This document shows positions 1-11,891 of a stretch of DNA of 64,000 bases, piece by piece. The stretch's first letter is position 1; each line of letters begins with the position of its first letter. The translations under genes were made by a program, and so were the position numbers. The notes under the pieces are model-generated. The model saw only the letters and a program-made list of their open reading frames with translations. It had not been told where the DNA came from and searched no databases. The stretch is from Mobula hypostoma (taxonomy: Eukaryota), in the NCBI RefSeq assembly GCF_963921235.1, contig NC_086097.1, forward strand, positions 49,788,001-49,852,000. The letters are read 5' to 3'.

Positions 1-1250
1 CTGTCTTGCACTTCCCTCATTTTTCACAGAAACTCCAGCCATTGCTGTTCTGCTGTCCTTCCTGCTAGTGTCCCTTTCCAGTCAACCTTGGCCAGTTCCC
101 CTTTCATGCCTTTGTAATTTCCTTTATTCCACTGAAATACCAACACATTAGATTTTATTTTTTCCCTCTCAAATTTCAATGTAAACTTGATCATATTGTG
201 ATCACTGTTCCCTAAGGTTTCCTTAACCTTAAGCTCTCTTACCACCTTTAGATCATTGCACAACACCCAATCCCGCACAGCCAATCCTCGAGTAGCCTCA
301 ACAGCAAGCTGTTCTAAAAAGACATCCCTTAGCATTCTACAAATTCTCTCTCTTGAGGTCCAGTATTGACATTGTATTCCCAATCCACTTTCATGTTAAA
401 ATCCCCAATGATTATCTGACATGCCTTTTCTATCTCCTGCTGTAATTTGTAATCCACATCCCAGCTGCTGTTTGGAGGCCTGTATACAAATGCCATTAGG
501 GTCCTTTTACCCTTGGCATTTCTGAACTCAACCCATAGGTACTCCACACCTTCCGATCCTATGTCATCCCTCTCTAATGATTTCATATTATTTCCGATAC
601 ACAGGGCCACACCACCCCCTCTGCCTACTAACCTATCTTTCTGATACACCATATATCCTTGGACATTCAACTCCCAAAGGCAACCACCCTTTAGTCAAGT
701 TCAGAGATGGCCACATCGTCATACTTTCCAATCTGTAGTGGAATTTCAAGATTGTCCATTTTATTCCATACGCTGCGTGCATTCAAATACAACACTCTCA
801 GTTCTGTATTTGTTGCTTTCTGTTTTAACTACACCATGCCTCTATTGCCCTGTAACTCATCCCACTGGCTGTGATTATGCCTCACCTCCGGCCTGTCCTT
901 TCTATCATCTCTGTTGTACACTATCTTTGATTTATTTCTGTTTTCCTCTTCCTCAGCCCTATCACTTTGGTTCCCAGCCCCCTTCCAAATTAGTTTAAAC
1001 CTTCCCTAATAGCTCTATTAAACCTGCCTGCTAGGGTACTGGACCCCTTTGGGTTCAGGTGTAACCCATTCTTTTCGTACAGGTTGTACCTCCCCCAGAA
1101 GATGCCCCAATGATCCAGGAACCGGAAGCCCTGCCCCCTACTCCAGTCTCAGCCAACCATTAATATGCCTGATCATGCTATTCTTCTGCTCGTTAGCACG
1201 TGGCACAGGCAGCAATCCTGAGATTACTACCCTGGAGGTCCTGCTTTTCA
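1..1250 (-). mobile_element. CR1 LINE fragment (ORF2 endonuclease region and end of ORF1), decayed
   Basis: APE-type motifs GRGGGVAL, YRPPN, IIGDFN and SDHNMI, with frameshifts. Confidence 0.85.
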
Positions 1251-2330
1251 GTTACCAAGTCGCAGTTCTCTTGCAGACTGCGTCAGGTTTTCCTCCAGGA
1301 TTTCCCTGTATTTTGCTGTATTCATTTTACCCTCTACCTTCACAAGCCTGCTGCAGTGAATCATCCCCACAGTATGATGCAGCCACCACCTATGCTTCAC
1401 AGTAGGGATGATGTGTTATTGATGACGTGCGGTGTTTGATTTACACCAAACATAGCATATAATCTGAAAACCAAAAAGCTTAATTTTGGTTTTATCAGGC
1501 TGACCTCAGAGTCTCCCACATGCCTTCAGGCAAACTCTAGCCGAGACTTCATGTGAGTATTTTTTCAACAATGGCTTTCTCTTTGCCATTCTCCCATAAA
1601 GCTGCGACTGGTGAAGCACCCAGGCAACAGGTGTTGTAAGTGCAGTCTCTCCCATTTCAGCCACTGAAACTTGTAACTCCTCCAGAGTTGTCATAGATCT
1701 CTTGGTGGCCTTGCTCTCTAATCCCTTTCTTGCATGGTTACACAGTTTTTGAGGACAGCCTTTCAAGGCCGATTTACAGCTGTGCAATATTCTTTCCATT
1801 TTTTGATGATTGACATAACTGCACTCCAAGGGATATTCAGTGACTGGAATTTTCTTGTATCCATCTCCTGACACATGCTTTCAATAACCTTTTCACAGAG
1901 TTGCTTGGAGTGTTCTTTAGTCTCGATGGCAAGTTTTTGCCAGGATACTGACTCACCAGCAGTTGGACCTTCCAGATACAGGTGCATTTTTACTTTAGTC
2001 AATTGAAACACCTTGACTGCATACACGTGATCTCCATTTAACTAATTATGTGACTTCTGAAACCAACTTTAAGTCACCAGTGATGATTTGGTGTGTCATA
2101 TTAAAGGGGGGTGAATACTTATGTAATCAATTATTTTGTGTTCTATGTCTGTAGTTGATTAGATCACTTTGTAGGGATCTGTTTTCACATTGACATGAAA
2201 GAATTTTTTTCTGGTAATCAGTGTCAGAAAAGCCAAATTAAATCCACTGGGATTCAATGTTGTAAAACAATAAAACATGAAAACTTCCGGGGGGGGGGGT
2301 GGGCAGGGTGACTACTTTTTATAGGCACTG
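1251..2330 (-). mobile_element. Tc1-like DNA transposon, 3'-truncated and decayed
   Basis: Terminal TA-CAGTGCCTATAAAAAGTA on the minus strand at 2330; inner direct repeat near 2106-2125; transposase remnants TKEHSKQL..SGDGYKKI..IIKKWKEY..KRKPLL. Confidence 0.85.
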
Positions 2331-2334
2331 TATA

Positions 2335-3300
2335 CGTCAACATATACAACCCTGAGATTCAATTCCCTCTGGGCACACACTGTAAATCCAAGAAACATAA
2401 ATAATTAATGAAAGACCACACCCAACAAGACAGAAAAAAACAATGTACAAAGGACAACAGCTATGCAAATATGAAAGAGAAAATAATAACAAATAAATAA
2501 ACCATAAATATCAAGAACATGAGATGAAGAGTCCTTGAAAGTGAATCCATAGGATAGTTTAGTAATGGAGCTAGTGAAGTTGGGTGAAGTTATCCCCTCT
2601 GGTTCAAGACCCCGATGTTTGAGGGGTAGTAACTGTTCCTGAATCTGGTGATGCGAGTCCTGAGGCTCCTGTACCTCCTTCCTGATGGCAGCAACAAGAA
2701 GAGAGCATGCCCGTATGGTGGGGGTCCTTGATGATGGATGCTGCTTTCCTGTGACAGCACTCTGTGTGGATGTGCTCAATGGTGGGGAGGGCTTTACCCA
2801 TGATGGACTGAGCCGTACTCATTATATTTTGTAGGCTTTACCATTCAAGGGCATTGGTGTTTCCATACCAGGCAGGGATGCTGCCAGTCAATATACTCTC
2901 CACCACACATGTATAGAAGTGTGTCAATGTTTTAGATGACATGCTGAATCTTCGCAAACTTGTAAGAAAGTAGAGGCACTGCCGTGCTTTCTTCGTAATG
3001 ACACTTAGGTGTTAGACCAGGATGGATCCTCTGAAATGATAACAGCGAGGAATTTAAAGTTGCTGACCCTTTCCACCTCTGATCCCCCGATGAGGACTGA
3101 CTCATGGACCTTTGGTTTCCTCCTCCTGAAGTCAATAATCATCTCCTTGGTCTTGCTGACATTGAGTGAGAGGTTGTTGTTGTGGCACCACTCAGGTAGG
3201 TTTTCAATCTCCCTTCTATATGCTGATACGTCACCATCTTTGAATCAGAATCAGAATTAGGTTTATTAGCACTGGCAGATGTCGTGAAATCTGTTGTCTT
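2335..3300 (-). mobile_element. Rex1/Babar-type LINE 3' fragment(s)
   Basis: Remnants such as TAQSIMGKALPTIEHI..RKAASIIKDPHH and the LYFL region; (ATCAGA)n tail of an adjacent copy near 3243-3257. Confidence 0.7.
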
Positions 3301-3409
3301 GCAGCAGCAGTACGTAATAATAAAAATTTATAAATTACAATGAGAAATATATTTATTTCTTACAATGGCACATGGACCTCTGGTTTTCTCCTCCTGAGGT
3401 CAATAATCA

Positions 3410-4110
3410 GGCCGAAACCCTTCACCTGGACTGAAAAGGAAGTGGGCAGAAGCCAGAGTAAGAAGGTGGTCGTTGGGAGGTTACAAGCTGGCAAGTGATA
3501 GGTAAGACCAGGAGAGGGGAGGGTGGGTGGGTGGATGGCAGCGGAGGGGTAGTGACGTAAGAAGGGGAAAGGTGGAAGGTGTAAAGGATTGAAGAAGGAA
3601 TTTAACGGGAGGTTAGGGGAGCAGCACCTCATATTCTGTCTGGGTAACCTCCAATCTGATGGCAAGAACATCGATTCCTCTAACTTCCAGTAATTTCTAG
3701 CTTCCCCTTTTTCTGGTTACTCTCTCAGCCCTTCTCTTTCCCCAAGCGTCTGCGACCTGCCCCTCACCTCCTTGTAGTTCCCTTCCTCCATTCCCTTATT
3801 CTTTGGTCCACTGTCCTGTCCTATTAGATTCCTTTTTCTTCAGCCCTGTTCCTCTTCCACCTATCACCTCCCAGCTTCTTACTTCATTCCCCTTCCCACC
3901 CACTCACCTCTCCCCTCATCTGATTTCACCTATCACCTGCCAGCTTGTACATCTCCCCCCCTCCACCCCTCACCTTTTTATTCTGACTTCTGACCCCTTC
4001 CTTTCCAGTCCAGACGAAGTGTCTTGGCCTGAAACGTTTACTATTTATTCCGCTCCATAGATCTGCCTGGCTTGCTGAGCCCCTCCAGAATCTTGTGTGT
4101 GTTAATCATA
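3410..4110. mobile_element. Penelope-like element fragments (inverted then forward)
   Basis: EQHLIFCLG C-terminal motif, pyrimidine-rich 3' region and pseudo-LTR-like ..cctgaaacg..gcttgctgag end. Confidence 0.6.
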
Positions 4111-4271
4111 TTTTCCATCATGCCCAGTCTCTCTTGTGTCTATGGGTTAAGGTGAAATGTTTACTTCAAGTACAGACTCCAAACCAAGGAACATCCATTT
4201 GAAAGAAGCTCCTTGCAGACTTCTGTGACATGGTTTTAATGAATAGGATTAGCTTTATTTAAAAAAGCATG

Positions 4272-4431
4272 CACAAAATGCTGGAGGAGCTCAGCGGGCC
4301 AGGCAGCATTTATGGAAAAGAGTACAGTCGACATTTTGACCCGAGACCCTTCAGCAGGACGGCCTGAAACGTCAGCTGTACTCTTTTCCATTGATGCTGC
4401 CTGGTCTGCTGAGCTCCTCCAGCATTTTGTG
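4272..4431. repeat. Palindromic Penelope pseudo-LTR-derived element
   Basis: Inverted arms of about 60 bp (cacaaaatgctggaggagctcagc... / ...gctgagctcctccagcattttgtg). Confidence 0.75.
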
Positions 4432-5134
4432 TGTGTTGCTTAGATTTCCAGCATCTCCAAATTTTCGCTAGTTTGTAGATTTAAACATAGTTTTCTTGTT
4501 AGAATAATAATTTTATTAATTTTTAAACCTTTGTCTCCATCTGAGGCAGAAATGGAATGTGATATTTTAGGATAAAAGACAGTTTGTTTTTTTTTAAATT
4601 TCAGTTGCTTTTAATAAACATCAGCAAATCAAAACGCATCAATCAAATATATACATTTGTGGGTTTTTTTTTGCCCTATGGAGTTCAAGTGCTCAAAAAT
4701 ATGAATCCCTGAGTGGTAACCCTTTGAAAGTATTTTACTTCTGAGCACCTAAACTTTCAAACGACACGCTTAACAATATATCATGAGTGGTGGTACAGTT
4801 ATACATATTTATACAGAGTTAATTAATATAATTATTCTGTGCACAACTACAATTTAATTTGCTGCTTTGAGCATTTTCCTATGCTGTTCATCGTAGATTC
4901 TTTTCCTTTGTGGAAGTTGTAAAAATGCAATGTCTTTAAAATTATAATTAATCATGTTTCTGCAACTGCAATTAGCTTAAATTTATTTACTTCACACTCA
5001 TAATTACTTACAAAATTTGTCATGTTTTACTTTCACCATTCAAAATTAATTTGAAGTTGATTTTTTTTCTCATGAATATTCTGTTCTGTGTTTTTTTATG
5101 ATCATATAGCATGTATCCTTATGCTAAAGGATAA

Positions 5135-5945
5135 CGTGAGTAGCTCCCCCACCCCTCCACTCTCTGCAGGGATGCCTCTCTCCATGATTTCCTTGTCCGT
5201 TCATCCTTCCCCACTAATCTCCCTCCTGGCACACCTGCTATATCTCCCCATTCACCTCCTCCCTCAGGGCCCTAAATTGTCCTTCCAGGTGAGACAATCC
5301 ATGAATCTATTGGGGTTGAATACTGCATCTGGTGCTCCCAATGCGTTTTCCTCTACTTTGGTGAGATCCGGTGTAGATTGGGTCTTCTTTGTCCAGCACC
5401 TCTGTTCCATCCGCAGAAAGCAGGACTTCCCAGTAGCCCACCATCTTACTTCCTATCCCCGTTCCTATTCTGACATGTCAGTCCATGGCTTCCTCTTCTG
5501 CCATGATGAGGTCACTCTCAGATTGGAGGAGCAACACCTCATATTCCATCTAGGTAGTCTCTGATCTGATGGCATGTACATTGATTTCTCCATTTTCTAG
5601 GTTTCTTTCCTCTCCCCCTTCCTTCTTCAATTCATCACCTCTGGCCTCTTACCTCTTCTCCTCATCTATCACCTCCCCCGATGCTCCTTTTTCTTCCCTT
5701 TCTCCCATGGTCGACTTTCCTATCAGATTCCTTATTCTCCAGCCCTTTACCTTTTTCACCTATTACCTCTCAGTTTCTTACTTCATACCCCTTCCCCCAC
5801 CCACCTGGCTTCACCTATATCTTGTCCACCTTTCCCTCCCCCTACTGGCATCGTTCCCCTTCCTAATGAAGGACCCTGGTCCAAAATGTTTCATTCATTT
5901 CCACAGATGCTGCCTGACCTCTGACCTCCTCCAGCATTTTGTGCG
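5135..5945 (+). mobile_element. Penelope-like element 3' part (GIY-YIG endonuclease remnant plus pseudo-LTR)
   Basis: QGPKLSFQVRQ..FVQHL..DFPVAHH..LEEQHLIFHLGSL. Confidence 0.75.
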
Positions 5946-8400
5946 TATTAACCCAAGTATTTTCTCATAGGCACCTTTCAAAAGCTATTTGATTGGTCCT
6001 CAATTTTTACAAGTGCACACAAAGCACTAAACAGTCATCAGGAACAAGATCACTGAATGATTATCCTCTCCTAATCTTAACTAAGGTGAATTAAATATAG
6101 AGCCCCTGCTGGCGCCATAACTGACATCACCCAACTCACTGCAGTACACTGTATGGTAAGTCTACACATGACAAAATCAGATCCAGCCATTAAAAATGTG
6201 TGGAAGTATTAAAAGGAGACATTATTTAATTAGCTCTGTATTTCTTAATGTCAATGTAGGTCAGCTATAGATGTAATTCCAAATATTTTTGAATAATAAT
6301 TATGAACAGTCTGTAAAGATTCATTTCCACAAGCCTTTATTTTTAGACTTTATTTCCTTTTTGCCTTTCTAGCCCCCTCCCCTGAGTCATACGTTCTATC
6401 TTAGCCAGGATAAGAAGACAATCTGTTCTCAAGCACTCTGCCAACGCTACACTGTAACTAGCTTTCGTGAGTTTGCCAAGAATGGCCCAGGGTGCCTCTC
6501 CCTCCAGGTTTTGTTTTGCTCTGTCTTCCTCTTTTCTCTCTCTCTATAGCAAGATAACTCTTAATAAAATGGCAGAATTTTAGCACTTGCTTTGTAAAGA
6601 AGCACATGTTTTTTATGTTTCCACTGCCAAGCTCCTGAAACTTGAAAATAATTTGTATCACAAATATCTTGCAGTGGTCAGCTAAACTGAAAGAGCCACA
6701 GTCAATCATCTTGACTCTATTATATGATTTTATATTTCTTTTCATATTTATATCAGAGATTTATTACAATAACAAGCTGAAATTGACAACCAGATTCTAT
6801 AACTGCAATAAGAGAAGCTTCAGTCATGATTTCACTTAAAATTATACCACACAAACTTTTATGAATATAATTAACATATTATTAAACAGGTCAAATGATT
6901 TGTCATAAGATCCTTAGTAATTGGGGACGCATTCATCAGACAATTGCAAAACAATCCAAGATTAGGCTGTATACTCCACAATATCACCCACAAATTTGAA
7001 GTCTCACTGGTACATTGTGTCCCCTGCCTCTCTATATGACTACCACTTGGACATCTCTATCTTCAGTACCGAAATTACTCAAACAATGTCAAACATAAAC
7101 TCAAGGTGTAGCACCTCACTTTCTGCTCTTGGGATTTAGCACTAAATATTTAATAATTTCAGCTAACATTTTTTCACAGCACATGTATGGTTGTACCTTT
7201 CAGTTTCAATTTTCTTCTTTTTTCTTTTACTTCTGCATCCAATTGGCAAGTCTTTAAACATTGTTACTTTGATCAGTACCCTATCACAGTCCTTCCCTCT
7301 GTTCTGTCCACCCATCCTCCTGAATGCTTTCTCTTTCTCCCCCATTGTGATGGCGGGTCCTTGTCCTGAAATGTTCACTCTCTACAGATGTTGCCTGATC
7401 TGATGTTTTTTTCAGCAATTTCTGATTTTTGTTTCAAATTTTCTGCATCTGCAGATTATTGCTCCAATCACTTTTCACCAAACAGATCAATGTTACCATG
7501 TTTTCCCATTGGAATAAAAGTTGTTTCTGACCCACGGTTGGATTAAGGTATATCACATTCCCTGAAATATAAGTTGTATCAGTTTTCATTCTTCACAGCT
7601 GGTTGAAGGCACAACAAAATTGAAAAATCTCTAAATGAATCTACTATAGATAATATCCTACGTATTTATATTTATATCTGAGTATGAGTTGCAAGAGAGT
7701 ACTCTGCGTTTAGTATCTGGCTGAGGATTCATTTTTTTGTTTCTGAGAAATTGGAGCATGCACTTTCACAGAGGAGCAACACTCACAGTAGTTAAATACT
7801 GACTGCAGCATGCAGATGTGATGAATGTTGAAAAGTTCCTGTTGCGTTTTCTCCTTTACACTGTAACTATACTCCAACTGGTGCAAAACTACAGTGGCGT
7901 GAACCACACATCTGTCTCAGAAGTTGGGTCGGATCAGATTCAACATACAACAATCAAGCACTTCGATTCTGAAATATGCAGCAAAATAGAATCGCAACAA
8001 TGCCATAGTGTTTAACCAACTTTTCTTTGGCTGTGCACGCATTTGGGAGCAAAAGGAACTGGAGCAAGTGTGGCCTAAAGAGCCCATCTCAAGTATCCCA
8101 GTCTATGCTCGTCTCTTGTAGGTAATGGAATTGGTTTATTATTCTCACATGTACCGAGGTACAATGAAAATCTTGTCTTGCATACTGTCACACAGATCTA
8201 TTCACTACATAGTGCATTGAGATCGTACCTGGTAAGGGATAACATAATGCAGAACAAAGTGCAACAGCTACAGGGAAATTACTATGCAGGCAGGCAAAAA
8301 GGTGCAAGATCATAAATAGACAGATTGTGAGGTCAAGAGTCCATCTTATCATATTAGGGAATCATTCAATAGTCTTATAGAATTACTCAATAGTCTAGGA

Positions 8401-8500
8401 CAGGGGTGGTGAACACCTTTTGACAGAATGTGCCCTAATTGGCAATAATCTAACAAATTCTCTTACGTGCCATGCTAACTTTGAACAGAGACCATCGTGG
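8401..8500 (+). mobile_element. hAT/Charlie-like element end, truncated
   Basis: CAGGGGTGGTGAACA terminus preceded by gTCTAGga, a Charlie-type target site. Confidence 0.35.
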
Positions 8501-9369
8501 ATTAATGAATTAGTAATAATGATTATGGACACCAGACACATCGTCCCTTTTGCCTTCTCATGGCATTTTTACATGCAACCATAGAAGATTCAGTATTTGC
8601 CCTTTTTCCATCTTCCTCTCCCACCATCCAGATTTCCAACAGTCCTTCTAGGTTAAGTAGCAAATAGTTTTTATTTCCAATTCAGTAGCCATCGGAGAGA
8701 GCAAATGTAGAGTGAGTGACCACTCTGCAGGGCAGCTCCATTCTGGAGACACTGAACTTCCAGTTTCCCCTCAGTTTAATGTTCCATCCCACTCTGACCT
8801 CCCTGTCGTTCATCTGCTACACTGCTCTTACAACACCTAATACAGTAATGCTAGAAAAACAGCATCTCATTTTCTGTCTGGGGTTACTGCAGCACTCCAT
8901 CTTCAGTACTGAATTCTAAAAAATAAATCAGCTAATCAGCTTTTTTTCCCTCCCTTTTCGTAGAGATTGCTGGATATTTCAGCATCTTTTTGTTTTCTTT
9001 GGTTCTGTTCTCTTCTGACTCTTACTACTGGTATTTGAAGTAATAACTGTTTTGGTCTGTACCTTTCACCTTATCTTTTCTCCACATATGTCCCACCACC
9101 TTCTGCAACTTAAAACATTTGAAACATTAATTGTTTCCCTCTCAACAAATGTTGCCCGATATGCAGTAAATGTCAGCATTTGCTTTTGTTAAGGCAGGTT
9201 TAGTGTTGCGCTGTTTTTAATTAACTATATGATAAACTGCCACTTTATTTTTTTGCAACCAATTTACAATTAATACTGGTGATAATTGTATCAGGGAAAC
9301 AAGAAACTTCTATCATATTACATGAAAACTTTATTTTATGCATTATTTTGGAAGTGGAAATGGGGAGTC

Positions 9370-9910
9370 GTGCTGGGCCCTTTGGCTCAACATGCCCAAA
9401 CCATCCAAGGCGGCTTCCATTTTACTGTATTTGGGAATAGCCTTCTAAGTATTCCCATCTATTAACCTGTCTAAAGATATTTTAAAAATATTGTAATTGT
9501 ACCTGCCTCAAGCAGTGCATTCTATTACCTAGAACCTTCTGTGTAGACACCCCCCCAACCCACCCTGCCCTCATTTCCTTTAAATCTTTCCCTTTTCACC
9601 TTAAACCCAAACCCTCCTAGTTTTAAACTTCCCTATCCTTGGAAAGAAATAGACTTTATCAGTGCCCTTCATGATTTTATAAATTTCTATCCATTCATCC
9701 TTTAGTATTCCTTTACTCCAGAGAACAAGTACCCAGCTATCTAGGCTCTTCCTACAACTCAAGCAATTCCGTGTTGGCAGCATCCTTATGATTTTTTTTG
9801 CACTCTTTATCTTAATCACATCCTTCCTATAGGATGGTGACCAAATGTGCGCACGGTATTTCACCTGGAACCTCACCAACATCTCGGTGACGCCAAAACT
9901 CTTGCACTCA
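9370..9910 (-). mobile_element. CR1 LINE 3' fragment
   Basis: WSPSYRKDVI..IEIYKIMKG..FFPR remnants. Confidence 0.75.
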
Positions 9911-10494
9911 AATCACGTGCGATTGCGCACAGAACAAGTTAGTACATTTTAAATTTTGGGTCGACTTCATTACCAAAGTTTTTTTTTGGGGGGGGAAGGG
10001 TGAGGGGAAGATGAGATCCATGTCATCATCCATTTTCTATTTTGCACCCTTTGCCTCTCTTCCAAAATCTAAAATATGCAACAACTTTATGAAGTGAAAG
10101 TTTTTCCAAGTAGGATGAGGATATTGCTCGGAGAATTCGGACAACTTTGTTTTAAACTTTTCTTTGAATCTTTACGTGGGTATCTAACTAACATTGTGCA
10201 AGCCCCTTTTGATCTAGTAATGGGGACACCGCAATACGTATGTTTTTAAAATAATTCCTAAAGAAAGCTTAAATGCAGAAATCACATCTCGATCTTCTGT
10301 GAATAACGTATTAATGCGAATAAAACAGGGATAAAATTTAACTTGCATCGCTTGCCAGCGGGACTCCGCAGTGCAGGTGCACTAGCAAGGGACAGACACT
10401 GGTACAGTACCAGGGTCTGCTTAGTCGGGCAGCAATGCAGCAGCTAAGCACGCCGGCTACCGCCGCCGCCGACTGACCTCGGCGCTGCCAGATA

Positions 10495-10503
10495 TAGGTA
10501 AGT
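10495..10503 (+). other. Candidate splice donor of a non-coding first exon (TAG|GTAAGT)
   Basis: Consensus donor inside the CpG island; no upstream ATG in frame with the CDS before an in-frame TAG at 10422. Confidence 0.55.
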
Positions 10504-10667
10504 ATCGCGAGAGCGGGGACGCTGAGACGAATCCCTCACTCAACAACAGTTGGCTGCGCGGCCACCAAACATCTGGGCCTCAGATGAAGGGACTACACAG
10601 TGGCTGCGCAGACACGGTGCCTACGAACGGCGGCGCCGGACCGGGCTCTCGCACCAGTCGCCGTGTC

Positions 10668-10676
10668 CAGGTGAGA
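10668..10676 (+). other. Candidate alternative splice donor (CAG|GTGAGA)
   Basis: Good donor consensus; splicing to 11875 gives in-frame ..[16 protein letters not shown]. Confidence 0.45.
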
Positions 10677-11843
10677 GGCAGCACCTGGCGGGGAGTGCGC
10701 CGGCCGCACGCAGCAGCGAGCCCGGGGCCAGGCAGGCAGGCAGCCCCGGCTGTCTCTGCATCGCCTCGCCTCTGCTCGGCCGCTTCGCTTCAGGGTGTCC
10801 CACCTCCCCACCCCCCTCTAAGTTTTGTTGTGGCTCCGGCTGGGCGGCTCGGAGTTATGTTGCGCTTTGCTGCGTGTGCGTGGGGTTATTTTTCTCTCTC
10901 CTTACTTCCTCCTTTCTCTGGAACCTTATTGTCCCCCACCCCCTCCAAGTCCGGAGTAATGAGGTACAGCTTACTTTTCCTACCAATATTATAGTTCTGG
11001 AACGTCATCCTTTTAATTTCTTTTTCACTTAAGAAAGTTGTTTTACACTTTAGATGTTAGAGAAGAAAGGAGGTAAAGGGTGTAAAATAGAAAATGTTCT
11101 CTCGCCCCACAGATAGATGGTAACATGGATCTCCTCTTGCTCTCTCCCCCCCCCCCCACAGCACTTTTTAAAAAAAAAGCTTTGGCTGCGAACTCGATTT
11201 AAAGGAACATATGGCATTAAAAGGAGCACAGCTGGAGGTAGCATTTACATTGCCCGTGATGTCAGAGCAGCTGACTCTCCCTCCAGCTTGTTCCTGTAGT
11301 TAGTGAATGTTAGCGCTCTCTCTCTTTCGCTTGCCTTTTCTGCTTTGGGGCACCTTCTTCAGGCTCCATTTCGGATTTCCAACCTGTTTCCATCGTGGGT
11401 GTCCGAAGGAGAGGGGGGAAAAAAAAGAACAAAACCAGTTTCTTTCAGAACATTGAGAGCTATTGAGTGAGGTGGGAGTCAAAGGGGGCGTGAGAATTTG
11501 CTTTTATTCGCGTTGTTGGGGACAAGGTATAAAGTAAACAGTTGCTGTTTGTGATTCGGGCGATCATTGATGTAACAGTTGTTTTGCCATTCTTTTAAGT
11601 CTCGAAGTTTGGTTTGTTGGGGAAGTCAGTTGCTTCAAATGGTGGTTGCTTCATTTACCTAATAGATAACATTTTTTTTCTGTCAGCTGTCGTGTTTCAG
11701 TTGCCATCTGCACGAACTCTGGGTGTTACAAATTCGTACATTTGTTAAGTTTGTTGGTTTACTATTCTAGACTGTTGGGCTGGAATGCATCTTAAACTAT
11801 TGATGGCGCAGTTTTAATTACGTTGAGGGTGGAATTTATTCGG

Positions 11844-11877
11844 TTTTAATTTCTGTTCGGTTTTCGTGTTTTAGGAG
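11844..11877 (+). other. Splice acceptor of the zbtb42 coding exon (TAG/GAG tandem)
   Basis: ttttaat branch-like motif and pyrimidine/T-rich tract ttctgttcggttttcgtgttttAG (AG at 11873-74), 17 nt before the ATG; second AG at 11876-77. Confidence 0.75.
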
Positions 11878-11891
11878 GTTATGAAGGAAGA

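Larger units (their letters stand above)
10350..10880. promoter_or_regulatory. CpG island / promoter and 5' exon region of zbtb42
   Basis: The only extended GC- and CpG-dense stretch in an AT-rich, CpG-depleted window, about 1-1.5 kb upstream of the CDS. Confidence 0.8.

Noticed and set aside
10550..11032. GC-rich ORFs of 136-160 aa as independent genes
   Set aside because: Stop-codon depletion in a CpG island; low complexity and no recognisable domains.
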